Source of the DNA: Eledone cirrhosa
Lineage: Eukaryota
Length of the DNA stretch: 64,000 nucleotides
NCBI GenBank assembly: GCA_964016885.1
Contig: OZ024756.1
Location: 42,532,001 to 42,596,000 of the forward strand
Direction: 5' to 3'
Shown: positions 11,990 to 26,761 of the stretch, piece by piece
Position numbering within the stretch: position 1 is the stretch's first letter
Layout: each line of letters begins with the position of its first letter
The notes under the pieces: model-generated
Databases searched by the model: none
Told to the model about the DNA's origin: nothing
What the model saw: the letters and a program-made list of their open reading frames with translations, nothing else
Translations under genes and position numbers: made by a program

Positions 11990-14900
11990 TTCATCATCAT
12001 CATCATCATCACCGTTTTACGTCCGTTCTTCCATGCTAGCATCGGTTAGACGGGTTGTCCTGTTGTGGGCAGTGTCTGGTCGGCTGACCATGCCTTGCTC
12101 ATACAGGAACTGATTTTGGCTTGATTTCTACAGCTGGATGCCCTTCCTAACACCAACCTCATTTACAGTGAGTGCTGGGTGCTTTTTCGTGGCGCCTACA
12201 CGTCTACTTTACAGTGTGGGCTGGGTGCTTTTTTGCCATGGCACCTCCACGACCACCTTGCAGTGGGAGGGTGTGGGGGCATATTGTCTATATGCTTCAG
12301 CTTGTACCCATGGGAGGTCGGGTACTCTGTATTACTGCATGACGCCAGAGGTCACGGTCGTGTGTCATCGCCTTTGAGAGGTGTAATTGGGTAAGGTCGG
12401 CTTTTATCACCTCATCCCAGGTCTTCTTGGGTCTCCCCACTCCGCGGTTTCCATTGACTTCTAGTGCTCTGCACCTTTTTATGCAGCTGTCATCCTTCAT
12501 ACGCATCACATGTCCATACCAGCGTAACCGCCTCTCCTGCACGCAGCATTTGATTCCTCTTGTGCTCAGTCTCTCTCTCAATTCATAGTATATTACTGTT
12601 ACACATCCATCGGAGCATGCAGGCTTCGTTTCTCTCTAATCTACGTAAGTCTTCCACCTTCAGCGCCCAGGTCTCACTACCATGCAACATCGCTGTTCGG
12701 ATACACGCATCATACAGTCTGCCTTTCAATTTGAGGGAGAAGCCTTTTGCAGCTAGCAGTGGTAGTAGTTCCCTGAACTTCTTCCATCCTGTTCTTACCC
12801 TAGTTATACTTTCTGAACACCCACCTCCGCTGCTAATTCGGTCATCTAGGTAGCAGAAGCTGTCTACTGTTTCTACAGAGCCCTCCCAGAGATTGGTGGT
12901 ACATGTTTCCTGTGGCTGTTTGCTGCTTGCTGTCCCAGCACAGCTGCTGCATGTGAAGCCTACATTCTTAATTAAGCTTCCTGAGATCCCGCTTAATTAA
13001 GCTTCCTGAGATCTCTTGTGTACCCATTGTTTGCATTTGGAGCAGAGAATGGAGTTCCTACCTACACCTTTCCTACATACTGAGCAAGGCCATTTCCCTG
13101 AGGGGATCTGGGTTCTATTTTCTCGTCTACTTACAAGGACCTTAATCTTTGTCATGTTGACTTTGAGACCCTTTCTTTCTAGTCCCTGCTTCCAAGTTTG
13201 GAATTTCGTCTCTAGTTCTACCATAGATTCAGCTATAAGTGCGAGGTCATCAGCATACAGGAGTTCCCATGGGCATCCGGTCTTAAACTCCTCCGTTATT
13301 GCCTGCAGAACTATGATGAACAGGAGAGGGCTAAGAACAGAGCCCTGGTGGACACCAACCTGTACGCTAAATTCCTCGCTATACTCATTGCTAATCCTAA
13401 CTTTGCTGACTGCTTCCCTATACATGGCTTGTACAGCTTTCACAAGCCATTCATCTACTCCTAATTTTCTAAGAGCCCACCAGATTACAGCATGTGGAAC
13501 TCTGTCAAAGGCTTTCTCGAGATCGACAAATGCCAGGTAGAGTGGCTTACTTTTAGCTAGGTACTTTTCCTGTAACTGCCTCACAAGGAAGAGGGTATCA
13601 GTGGTGCCTCTTCCTGGTACAAACCCAAATTGCATCTCATCTAGTTTCACCCGGTCCCTAATCAACTGTGCTATAACTCTTTCTGTTACTTGACCTGGTC
13701 CATTAGCTTTATACCTCTATAGTTTCCTCTATCTAATGCATCACCTTTACCTTTGTAGCAGTTGACAATGATGCTACTGCACCAATCTTTTGGTATGACA
13801 CCTTCTAGTATTACCTGTTTAACAATACGTGTGGTTATAGTGTGACCTACAGACCCAGATGCCTTCAGCATCACGACAGCTATACCTGTTGGACCGGTTG
13901 CCTTCCCCATCTTCATATCTTTGATTGACTTACTTACTATGCTGCTGCTGACTTGTACTGCTGGCCCCTCTATAGGGTCTACTTGGGGTAGGGTCTCTTC
14001 TTCCCATGCATTCTCCTCATTTAGTAATCTATCATAATGGCTCTTCCATGCATTTTTCTTCTCAGCACTTGTGAGGGCAAGCTCATTCTGGATACACTTC
14101 TCTCCAATGACATCACAATTCTCTCTGACACACTGCCTCGCAATCTTGAACACCTCCTGTTTCTGGTCCTCATGTTGCAAAACATGCTTGAATTTTCTAT
14201 CCTCTGCTTCCCTCCTAGCTAAGTATACTTGTTGCCTAGCTTCCCTCTTGGTCTCTATGTAATGTACCCTGCTCCCCCCGTTCTTCCATTCTTTCCATGC
14301 CTGTCTCTTGGCCTTAACTGCCTCATCTACCTTATTGTTCCACCACCAAGTCACTCTCCTCCTGCTTGTGGTCTTACTCCAGCCACAGACCTCATCCGTC
14401 GCCTCTAGTAAGTTATTTTTTTAGGAACTCCCAGTGATCTTCTACATTGAATGTCTCTATCTGTTCTTCTTTACTGTCGTAGGTGTTGAGTAAAATATCT
14501 TTAAATCTGTTACTGGTTGAGGGGTCTTTCAGCTTCCAGCTCTTTCTTCTTCAGGTTGGCTTCTGTTTCCAGGTTCGTCTAGTTCTGACCGTGAGGTCGC
14601 TGACAACTAAGCTATGTTGGGAGGTACATTCCTCACTAGGGAAGGCTTTTATGTTTACGACCGTCCATCTGTCACGTCCTCTGATGAGGATAAAATCTAT
14701 CTGACTAGAATGCTCCCCTGATCTATAGGTGATCAGGTGGTTGTCGGTTTTTTGAAGTTTGTGTTACATATCGACATGTCATTGGCATCGCAGAATTCTA
14801 GAAGTCTGAATCCTTCTTCATTTCTTGTGCCAACCCTGTGGCCTCCATGGACTCTATTGAAGCCGTCACAGTGTTTACCTACGTGTTTGTTAAAATCTCC

Positions 14901-16289
14901 TGCGATGATTAGGAAGTCATTGTCGTTTGTTAGAGCAGTAGTGTGCATTAGGGACTCGTAAAATCTATCCTTAAGTTCGTCTGGCAACCCCAATTGGGGT
15001 GTGTAAGCTGATATTATTGTGGTAATTGTTTTATTCAGGAATAGTCTGAGTTTAATGATTCTTGCATTTACCCTGTACAGTGAGATTACTTTATCTACCC
15101 ACTTGTCAGCTAGTAGTATACCTACACCACCCACCCCATCTTCATTTCCCACCCAGAAAAATTTGTAGCACTGACTTTTTCCTACAAGGACTCTAGCAGA
15201 CTCTCCTCTCCATCTAGTCTCTTGCACACAGCATACATCAATTTCCTTTCGCTCTAGCATTTCTACGATTTCTCCTGCTCTTCCTTTCATTGTGCTTACA
15301 TTGATGGTACCAACTCGGAGTTTTGGGCATTTGTCGACACTCATAGGGAAGGGTCGATTTTTGCAGGAGTGTGTGTGTGTGCTTCCTCTCTCTGGATTGG
15401 GGCTTCACATGGGTGCTTGGTAGCTCGCGGATTCATATTCATTTCATCTATTAATTCAGAGTTGCTCCAATTTATTCTCAGCTCATCCATCCATACCGGT
15501 AGGAAAATTCAAGGCTAGAAGAACAGTGGTGGGGTAATAATGGCAGGGTGTGTTGGGCTGGGACGGGGGAGGAGAGAGTTAGGTAGTAGTAGTAGAAGAA
15601 ATGGCATGCTGAGGTTTGATTGGTCGAATAGGCTATGGTGGTGGGAGGGAAATTGTGAGGTAGGCAGCCAGTCATGGCTATCAAAATAACCGATAGAATA
15701 CAGCATGGCAAGATAACCGATAGAAATGAATACAGCTACAATAATAAAAATAGCCAAGTCATGGCCTGTAGCCTTTGATGGCAAAATAGACAGATAGAGA
15801 GGCAGCATGGTAGAGAAAATGAGGGTAACAAAATAAATGTGTTGTGGTAGCTAGCGAAGTGATAAATACAGCAATAGTTGTGAGCAGAACATTTGCAATT
15901 GGGGAAATAGGGATAGCTGACAAGATTTGTATGGATGGATGGCTGGGACGTAGCTAAATCAACTCTAGTGATTCATTTTAGCCTTTCAGAGTAGAGTGTG
16001 TCTTATCTCTTCAATAACTTCAAGATGAGTGAGGAGGAATGGGTGAAGAGGGAACGGGAGGTAATAGGTGGCTTAGAGATAGATAGAGAGCGAGAGATAG
16101 GGAGAGGGTAGTCATCATAGAGAGAGAGGGGGGAGGGGTGGGGAGGGTAACCATGGTAGCCATCATAGAGAGAGAGAGAGGGAGAGGGTAGCCATAGAGA
16201 GAGGGAGGGGGTAGCCATAGAGAGAGGGAGGGGGTAGCCATAGAGAGAGGGAGGGGGTAGCCATAGAGAGAGGGAGGGGTAGCCATCAT
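11990..16289 (-). mobile_element. Near full-length but disrupted RTE-clade LINE (AP endonuclease + RT)
   Basis: Endonuclease motifs VQETRW and IAGDFN (15344-14733). RT motifs FVDLEKAFD, GVHQGSVLSP and LLYADD (13665-12997). (GAT)n tail at about 11990 and a 23-bp tandem repeat at the 5' end. Confidence 0.95.
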
Positions 16290-16804
16290 TACTTTTTACT
16301 ATTAATTTCAATTAATTTTTAATGTCAATTTTTAAAGTAATGCAGTATAATTAACCCACCAAAGGGACAAAAAAAGTGACAACTTAAATGAACTGACAAT
16401 TTCTGTACAAAAGATTGATGACATTAATTGCATTTGGTTGGCAAAATGGTGATTGCTGACTTAGGCAAACTGATGACTTAATATCTAATAAATTCCCTAA
16501 TTCATTATTATTTCTTATTATCTCTTGGCATTGCCAATTTTACTGTACATTGAATTCATCAAATTCAAATTCCAGCTCCAATATTTTAAGAGTTAATTCT
16601 ACTTGTCCTGTACTTTTCCAGGTTTATTATTATTTAAGAATATTAATACACATGCACCCGCATTTTTCAGTCTAGTTATATATATATATATATTATATAT
16701 ATATATATTATATATATATATTATATATATATATATTATATATATATATATTATATATATATATTATATATATATATATTATATATATATATTATATATA
16801 TATA

Positions 16805-18121
16805 CAGGGTGTGGACGATATTTATTCGTAATTTTCAACTGCTAATTTTATGCAAATTTTTTTACTTCCGTTGTCACTCGTCTTCATAAAAACAGTGACT
16901 ATATTTCCATTATTTATTTTCAGAATAATTTATTATGAATAATTTTGAACTTCCAAATTTGTGGAAGAGACACAGAGTTCTTCTTGGAATCCGCGCCGGG
17001 AGGACAAATAAGGAAATTTCAGACTTTCTCAGCGTCAGCAAGAGAATGGTGGAAAAGGTCAGAAAGGAATTTGAAGATTCGGGATTCGACTACGAACCAA
17101 CATCAGAGAGGAAAACATGATCGAGGAAAACATGATCGACAATCTGACACCTTCAGAATGCCCGAGTCCGTTGCTGAAGTTCAGGATATCATTAAAAATG
17201 AACCTAGCAAGTCGATGCGTGCCATTGCAAGAGAGAAAGGCGTGGATGAAAAGCTCATTAGACTAGTGGTACATGAAGACATTCGCTATGTTTCATACAA
17301 GATGAGGAAAGGACAATTTCTGTCAAAGCCGATGCAAGAAAAGCGACTGAAGCACGCAAAGAAGCTGATCAACAAGTTCAAACACCCACTGGAGCCAGAC
17401 ATGCTGTGGTTTTTCTCCGACGAGAAAAACTTCTGCCAAGACCAGAAGATCAACTCCCAGAACAACAGGTGGCTCGCTGTCTCATCCAAAGACGTGCCCA
17501 GAGTCATGCAGACAAAGTTTCTAGCGACAACAATGGTCTTAGGTGTCATCAGCAGTCAAGGTGACGTCATGCCACCTCACTTCTTCCCTGAGGGCCTCAA
17601 GCTGAACACCGATGGCTACATCCGCATTCTGAGTGAGGTAGTAAAGCCCTGGATTGACCAGGTAGCTGCAGGTAGGCCGTACATGTGGCAGAAAGACTCA
17701 GCGCCCTGCCATACCAGCCGAAAGACCCAAGCCTGGCTGTCAGAGAACTTTGTCGACCACACTTCACCTGACATCTGGCCTCCCAGCTCGTCTGACTGCA
17801 ACTCCCTCGACTTCTTTGTGTGGGGCGCAGTAGAATGAGACACCAACAGATCTAACTGCAATACGAAAGACGATCTGAAGGCCAGAATCACAAGTGCCTT
17901 TGGGGGCCTAAGTCGGGGGACAGTGACGAAGGCCTGTAGCCAGTTCCGAGGCCACCTTGCGGCCGCAATCAAAGCCAATGACGGGTTTTTCGAGTGAGAT
18001 CGAAAGAACAAGTTATGAAGACAAACTGATCCAAGTTTGATAAGTATATCTTAAAAAATAAAACTACTGTGTTATTTTTTCATAGACAGTAATTTTGCGA
18101 CCAAATATCGTAAGTACTCTG
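16805..18121 (+). mobile_element. Tc1/mariner DNA transposon, DD37D (maT) type, disrupted
   Basis: TA-flanked imperfect TIRs (CAGGGTGTGGACGATATTT / CAGAGTACTTACGATATTT). Motifs FSDEK, DSAPCH and WPPSSSDCNSLD with 37 residues between the second and third Asp. Frameshift near 17110 and stop at 17836-17838. Confidence 0.9.
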
Positions 18122-18154
18122 TATAAATTATATATATATTATATATATTATATA

Positions 18155-20163
18155 TATTCTTGAATTTTGTGATGCAAGTATACTGACTATTTGCAACACT
18201 AACTTCCAGAAACCTGCCAACCACCTAATAACCTACAAATCAGGCGAGCACATAAGCCAGATTGACTTCTTACTAGTTAGGGAGGCTGAGAGTAGGAGTT
18301 TGCCAATGTTCTGCGGTGGGAAGATCAGAGGCGTGTGGTGTTCCACATTGCAAGGCAGTGTGTCAATGCAAATAAGGATGTTAATGTGTCCGGAATGATG
18401 CCGGTGTACTTAGTGTCACGAATGATCAGAAAAAGAAGGCCTGGAAATGTCACTATGAGAGACTGATGAATGTGGAGAATGAATGGGAGAGAGAGAAATT
18501 ACCCTCAGTAGATCCGACAGAGGGACCAGCTATTGAGATTGACGAATATAGGGTCCAAGAGGCGATTAAGGAAATGAAAAATGGTCAGGCTGCAGGACCG
18601 TCGGGGATAGTTGCTGAGATGCTGAAGGCATCAGGGGAAATAGGCACTAAACTGGTTGCACGCATCATCAATCAGGCTATATATGGTGGTGTCATACCCA
18701 AAGACTGGTGCAGCAGTGTTCTCATAAATTGCTACAAAGGTAAAGGGGATGCTCTGGAGAGGAGCAATTATAGGGGTATAAAACTGATGGATCAGGTTAT
18801 GAAAGTGGCATAAAGGATATTAGCACAACTAATTAGAGAAAGGGTCAAACTAGATGAGATGCAGTTTGGTTTTGTGCCTGGGAAAAGAACAACAGATGCC
18901 CACTTCTTGGTGAGACAATTACAAGAGAGGTTCTTAGGGAAGAATAAGCCACTATACTTAGCCTTTGTTGACCTAAAGAAGGCCTTTGATAGGGTACCCT
19001 GATCTATCATCTGGTGGTCCCTAAGGAAACTAGGTGTTGAAGAATGGCTTGTGAGGACAGTGCAAACTTTGTACAGCGGTGCTGACAGTAAAGTCAGGGT
19101 AGGAATGGAGTTTAGTGAGGAATTCCAGATACAAGTAGGAGTACATCAAGGTTCGGTCCTTAGCCCGCTCTTGTTCATTATAGTCCTCCAAGCCATAACA
19201 GAGGAGTTTAAGACTGGCTGTCCATGGGAACTTCTCTATGCTGACGATCTGGTTCTTATAGCAGAATCAGTAGAGGAGCTAGAGAATAAATTCTGGCTAT
19301 GGAAACAGCAGTTGGAATCAAGAGGACTGAGAGTGAACCTAGTTAAGACTAAAGTGTTGATGAGTAGAAGAGAGGACAAAACTCTGATTCCATCAGAGAA
19401 ATGGCCATGTTCGATATGCAGAAAAGGAACTGGCATAAATTCTATAAAATGCATACAATGCAGATCCTGGGTACACAAGAGATGTAGTGGGATAGCAGGC
19501 AAACTAACGGGTAGGGAGAAATACGTATGCAGTAGGTGTACAAGGAAATTACACAGTAGAAGTTGCATTGATAGACACATTCTTCAAATGCAAGTGCTAT
19601 AGAAGTGGTGGATAGCTTCTGTTACCTAGGAGATCAGATTAGCATGGGGGTGTTCCGAGACCATAGCATCTAGAATGCATACGAAAGGCCGGTTATAGGA
19701 TGCCTGTGTGAGGAGCGCGATGCTGCATGGTAGTGAGACATGGGCAGCAACTGCAGAGGATATGCGACGGCTGGTGAGAAATGAGGCAAGCATGTTCCGT
19801 TGGATGTGCAGTGTCAATGTGCGTGAACAACCCAGCATGAATGTGTTGAGAGAGAAACTGTGTCTGAGAGGGATAGAATGTAGTGTGCAAGGGAGGAGAC
19901 TGAGGTGGTATGGACATGTGTGCGCATGGAGGATGACCAATGGGTGAAGAAGTGCCAGGAAATGCCAGTTGAAGGAAGACGTGGTAGAGGTAGACCACGA
20001 AAAACATGGGCGGAGGTGGTGAGAACAGACCTCTGATCGCTGAAGCTCATGGTGGAGATGACGAAGGACCGTGACAAGTGGAGCGATGCTGTGCTGAATA
20101 AGACCCGTCCCACCCTTGCAAGCAGGGAAAAGCGGACGTAAATGATGATGATGATGATGATGA
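18155..20163 (+). mobile_element. RTE LINE, 5'-truncated with internal deletions
   Basis: RT motifs GVHQGSVLSP and LLYADD, RRLRWYGHV, short 3'UTR with (GAT)n tail. Confidence 0.92.
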
Positions 20164-20406
20164 TATATATAATATATATTATATATATATATAGTATTTA
20201 CGTATCGAGGAAGAGAGAAAAAGGAGAGATAGGTGATACATATAGTTATTTGCCAAGTAGCGTATGCTAAAGGTGCTCGATACTAGTGCCGGCAGTATTA
20301 AATATTCGAAGTGTTAATATTTAGTGGGCTAGAGAGTTAGCAGAGCGTAAGCACGTGGGAAAGTAAAAAATCGGCGAATAGACCGTTAAAACATGTTTAT
20401 TTAAAA

Positions 20407-20451
20407 TATCACCTACGTACGTTTCGCCCAGTTGGGCTTCACAAGGGCATA
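20407..20451 (-). ncRNA. Minimal type I hammerhead-like motif with a variant core
   Basis: Minus strand TATGCC-CTTGTGA-A-GCCCA-AC-TGGGC-GAA-ACGTACGT-A-GGTGATA, with a palindromic stem III. Confidence 0.55.
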
Positions 20452-20734
20452 AATAATTACAAGTGTTCCTTATATAGTTCGGAAAGAGTTTTGGGGGTTA
20501 AATCTACATCAAGATTCATTGCTCGCAAAAATATCTTGTATTGATTTTGCAGCAGGTCAAGGGAGGTAACTCTGGCCGGTGTTAGGGCAGTCTTTCCCGG
20601 ATAATTTTTTTTTTTTTTTTTTTGCCGCATCTGAGGCTGGGTCTGGTATGCAAGGATTGTTTTCTGGGTGTTATTTTGCTGCGCCTGCCAGCCGGGGTGT
20701 TAAGACTTGTTGCAGGGAGATCCAGTGTGCTATT

Positions 20735-23466
20735 TCACTCTTCATTCTTAACCCATCTAAAGAAGGATATTTTTAAGCGATGTGTACAACTTATCGCTGT
20801 TTCAGCTCTGCTGTTGATGAGCTCGTGGGGTGCAGTTATGATGTGGTAGAGCTCCATGAGGCAAAGATCGCATTTCCTCTTGAAGTTGTACGGTGCAGCC
20901 CTGCCGACAATCTCCCAGTGCGTGGAGAAGCTGATGTTTAAGTCCTTTAGTGATGTGATGTAGTCCGCGAGCGAAGTGGAGTGCCTTAGTTTTCTATTTG
21001 TGAAAGAGTGGAGATGTGTTCGAAACCTAATTTTGAACGGGCCGGAGGTGGCCCCTATATAATGTTTAACACTATTGTGGCTAGTAATAGTGCATCTATA
21101 TATAACCCTATCAGTCAAGCAGTATCCTCTAAGGGGGCAGCGTCCTCTGTCGCGGCAGTTGCAATTTCTGTCGTGGTTCCGTCTATTTCCCACGATAAGG
21201 CTATCATTGTTGCTGCCTACATTGTTACCTACGCTACCGCAGCTGTCGTTAGCACAATTACAACCCACAGCACGCGGGATGGTGCGATTGTTATTCCGCA
21301 CGTCATGTTCTGCATGTTCCCCAGTCACTTCGCGGTCATTCTGGTTGCGTCTGCGGATGCCGTTGCCAACACTATTGGATGCTGTCAGGGAGTTGTTAAG
21401 GCCGATATAGTTATTGTCAGGTGTAGGTGCGTCTGTGTCGAGGTGCTGTGTCTTGGTGATCTTACTGTGGTTCGTTGTTCCTATGATGTCTGCTAGGTTA
21501 GGAGTAGTAGAGAAGGATATTTTTATATTGTTCCTATTAAGAATTTTTCTATACCTATGGTTGGGTGGGAAGTTCTTCTCTAAGGCTTCGAAGAATATCC
21601 GGGGTATGTTGGAGGCCACACTTCTAGAGTAGGGGGGGTGGAACCATAGGATGTTACGGTGGCGATTACGTGTCCTTGTACTTTTGCTACGGGTGGTTCC
21701 ATCTAAGTGACCGCTCTTATGTGTGTTAATGCGCTGTCGCCCGTTCGGTGCCCCTTTCACTTTATGCTCGGGTGCACTCTTTCTACCTCTTCCAAGTCTA
21801 TGTATACAAAGATGTTGGTTGGAAGGCGTTGGTAGTAGGCCGTCGCCTTTGTTGGTTTTGTAATAGGGGAATAGTTTGAGTAATCTACAGTATTCACCGT
21901 CGCCGGGGACGTGATCTTTGGTGCGGTTATCTATTCTATTATATCCAACTTTAACGAGGTCACCGCGTGATCGGTTATAGGTATGGCTTACTATAACGTT
22001 AGTTTTATGAGGGGGGTGGTTTCTAGAGCTAGCGTTAGGGATGTAGGAGATTCCTCGGTTAAAGCCGGCGCTTATCAGGGCCTTATTGTAGTAATCAGCC
22101 GCTTGGTTGAAGATATCCTCATTGGCGGATAGCCTCGAGATTCTATGTGAGATACTATAGACTATGGAGTTGAGAGTCTGCTTAGGGTGGTTGGAGGCAT
22201 AATTAATATAAGAGAGGCACTCTCCAGGCTTATGATATGGCTTGTATAAGCCCGTACTCAACTCCAGGGTCACGTCCAGGAAGTTGACAACCCTGTGGTT
22301 GAGGTCCATAGTTACGGATAGGCCGTATGACTTAAAGAACCTGTGTATATGTTTGTTAAGGTTCTCTATCCTACGGGGGCTATGGTTCCTAACGGTAAAC
22401 AGGGCGTCGTCCCTATATACACCTCCTTGTAGGGCCGGTATTTCTTCCCTAAGCTTATGTAGGAGGTATATCCCAACCAGGTCAGTTGCTTGCGCTGAGT
22501 CACTGGACCCCATCGTGACATCGAAGTTATCAGGACGGTTGGTTCTGGTCCAGTGGGAGCCTTCGAACTGGATAATGGTTCTACGTGCCGCTAGAATTAT
22601 GTCTATTTCTTTTTTAGTGAGGCTAGTGTTAGATCTAGCTAAGATAAGTGCCTTATTTAAGAGTATGGGGGAGATAGAGGCGTAGTAGCTATCTATATCA
22701 AACTGGATGAATTTCAGGGTGGCTTTATCCGGCAACTCGGTGAACCAATTTATGACCTGGTCGGTGTTGCCCCAGAGGCAGACCTTAGCCTTTCTATTAA
22801 GCTCGAGTAGTACTCTGTCGAGGATCACTTTACTAATCTTACCTATATCCGATGTAGAGGGCATATTAGTCTAATAGAGGGGCTTTCATTAAAGTCATAT
22901 TTGTGATCCTTAAGAGAGAATTTAGGCGTCAGAGGGACGTGCGGGTTAGTGTACTTTTCTATTTCTAAGCTGGTGACTATATCCTTCCCTACTCTATTTA
23001 TGTCATTTAGGGTACTAGAGGGTGTCTTTTTGTAGTCTTTGTGTAGTTCCTTATAGATGAATTTTTTATACTCACTCGCGTCCATCTTGTACAGCTTTTT
23101 GGTTTTGTCGGAGGTGACGAAGAGGTGCGGGTCATTCTTGATCTTAGTTATTAGTGTATCAAGGGACGTTAAGAATGGATTGCTGCATTGGTGTTTCTTT
23201 CTGAACTTAACGTTTTTGATCATTTTCAGCAGGTCCTCTTCAAATAAGTCCAGTAAGGTGTTGTGCGGTGGGTTTCGGTATGTTTTGAAACCATACCTCT
23301 CTTTGGGTTCAGGAAGGTTACGGGTGTTCTTATCCAGGTGGTATGCCTTCCATCTGACTCTCCGTATAAACGAATTGGTAGCGTCTATAAGCAGTTTAAG
23401 GTAGGTTTTTCTGCTGGGTAAGGGGATACACTTGAGAGACATGGGTAACGGTTGGTTCTCCAACAT
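20735..23466 (-). pseudogene. PLE RT/GIY-YIG polyprotein with a single frameshift near 22850
   Basis: ORFs 23466-22843 and 22864-20735 join into one PLE protein. Confidence 0.85.
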
Positions 23467-23831
23467 AATGGCAAATAAGGTGAGATGCTCTACAAAAGGA
23501 GCACGATAATATATATATATAATATATATATATTATATATATATATTATATATATATATTATTTCTATATATTATATATATATTATATATATATATATAT
23601 ATTTATTATATATATATATTATATATATATATTATTTCTATATATATATATTATATATATATATTATTTCTATATATTATATATATATTATATATATATA
23701 TATATATTTATTATATATATATATTATATATATATATTATTTCTATATATTATATATATATTATATATATATATATATTTATTATATATATATATTATAT
23801 ATATATATTATTTCTATATATTATATATATA

Positions 23832-23862
<31 letters not shown>

Positions 23863-24044
23863 ATATTATATATATATAATATATATATATAATATATATA
23901 TATAATATATATATATAATATATATATATATAATATATATATATATAATATATATATATAATATATATATATAATATATATATAATATATATATATATAA
24001 TATATATATATAATATATATATATAATATATATATAATATCTAT

Positions 24045-24175
24045 CTAAGGCGGGTAAAATTCCCGAGAACCATGGACGAGTTCTCTCCAGCGGTCTCTGT
24101 CCCTCATTATCGCTGCCATGTCCTGCGTCTCCAACAGACCAGTGTCTGTCCTTAGGGCATCAACATAACCAAGGT
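24045..24175 (-). mobile_element. 3' fragment of a non-LTR retrotransposon
   Basis: C-terminal peptide YVDALRTDTGL..MRDRDRWRELV, typical of RTE-group ORF ends. Confidence 0.55.
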
Positions 24176-24392
24176 TATATATAATATATATATATATATA
24201 ATATATATATATAAACGTTTGTATATGTATAATAAAGCCAAAACAATGCAAGGTAAAAGACTAATTGTCAACAATATCTTTTGTAATTGCATTCTTTATT
24301 CTATGTCCATACCTGCATTCTTATGGCTTTATTATACATATACAAACGTTTATACCTCATTATACAAAGCTTCAAGTGAACTATAACCTCCT

Positions 24393-24492
<100 letters not shown>

Positions 24493-24529
24493 TATATATA
24501 TAATATATATATAATATATATATATATAT

Positions 24530-24590
<61 letters not shown>

Positions 24591-24708
24591 ATATATATAT
24601 AATATATATATATATATAATATATATATAATATATATATATATATAATATATATATAATATATATATATATATAATATATATATAATATATATATATATA
24701 TAATATAT

Positions 24709-24740
<32 letters not shown>

Positions 24741-24776
24741 ATATATATATATATATAATATATATATATATAATAT

Positions 24777-24821
<45 letters not shown>

Positions 24822-24995
24822 TATAATATATATATATATTATATATATATAATATATATATAATATATATATATAATATATAATATATATATATATATAT
24901 ATAATATATATATATAATATATATATAATATATATATATATAATATATAATATATATATATATATATAATATATATATATAATATATATATATAT

Positions 24996-25028
<33 letters not shown>

Positions 25029-25237
25029 ATATATATATATATATAATAAATATATAATATATAATATATATATATATATAATATATATATATATATAATA
25101 TATATATATAATATATATATATATAATATATATATATAATCTATATATATATAATATATATATATATATAATATATATATAATATATAATATATATATAT
25201 ATATAATATATATATATATAATATATATATATAATAT

Positions 25238-25279
<42 letters not shown>

Positions 25280-25332
25280 ATTATATATATATATATAATA
25301 TATATATATATTGTATATATATATTATATTAT

Positions 25333-25366
<34 letters not shown>

Positions 25367-25368
25367 AT

Positions 25369-25465
<97 letters not shown>

Positions 25466-25698
25466 TATATATATATATAATATAATATATATATACAATA
25501 TATATATATATTATATATATATATATAATATATATATATAATATATATATATATATAATATATATATATATAATATATATATAATATATATATATATATA
25601 ATATATATATAATATATATATATATATAATATATATATAATATATATATATATATAATATATATATAATATATATATATATATAATATATATATATAT

Positions 25699-25781
<83 letters not shown>

Positions 25782-25783
25782 AT

Positions 25784-25815
<32 letters not shown>

Positions 25816-25895
25816 ATATGTATATAATATATATATATATAATATATATATATATTATATATATATAATATATATATATAATATATATATATAAT

Positions 25896-25938
<43 letters not shown>

Positions 25939-25945
25939 TATATAA

Positions 25946-26445
25946 AAGCCGACCTTACCCAATTACACCTCTCAAAGGCAATGACACACGACTGTGACCT
26001 CTGGCGTCACGCAGTAATACAGAGTACCCGACCTCCCATGGGTACATGCTGAAGCATATAGACAATATGCCCCCCCCCCCCCCACCGCAAGGTGGTCGTG
26101 GAGCTGCCACGTCAAAAAAGCACCCAGCCCACACTGTAAAGTGGACGTGTAGGTGCCACGAAAAAGCACCCAGCACTCACTGTAAATGAGGTTGGTGTTA
26201 GGAAGGGCATCTAGCTGTAGAAATCAAGCCAAATCAGTTTCTGTATGAGCAAGGCATGGTCAGCCGACCAGACAGGACAACCCGTCTAACCCATGCTGGC
26301 GTGGAAGAACGAACGTAAAACGGTGGGGGGTGTGGGGGCATATTGTTTATATGCTTCAGCATGTACCCATGGGAGGTCGGGTACTCTGTATTACTGCGTG
26401 ACGCCAGAAGTCACGGTCGTGTGTCATTGTCTTTGAGAGGTGTAA
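25946..26445 (+). mobile_element. RTE 3' fragment followed by an inverted copy of part of itself
   Basis: 25946-26325 matches the RTE 3' end; 26326-26445 is the reverse complement of about 25960-26080. Confidence 0.85.
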
Positions 26446-26761
26446 TATATATATAATATATATATAATATCTATATATATATATAATATATATAATATAT
26501 ATATATATAATATATATATATAATATATATATATAATATATATATATATATATAATATATATATAATATATATATATAATATATATATATTATATATATA
26601 TATTATATATATATATTTATATATATTATATATATATATAATATATATATTATAAATATATATTATATATATAATATATATATATATTATATATATATAT
26701 ATTATATATATATAATATATATATATAATATAAATATATAATAAATATATATAATATATAT

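Larger units (their letters stand above)
9817..16675 (+). mobile_element. Internally deleted Helitron interrupted by an RTE insertion (about 11990-16289)
   Basis: Contains PIF1 helicase remnants. Putative 3' end ATGC-ACCC-GCAT...CTAG|T at 16672-16675. Hairpin TATCATTCACACAC-GGTA-GTGTGTGAATGATA near the left end. Confidence 0.55.
20195..23508 (-). mobile_element. Penelope-like retroelement, probably Naiad clade, near full length
   Basis: RT (YRDDA, VNFLDVTL) plus GIY-YIG endonuclease (VIYRC..YIGAT..FKIRF). Linker motif CNCRDRGRC (CxCx5C). Hammerhead-like motif in the 3' region. Confidence 0.92.
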
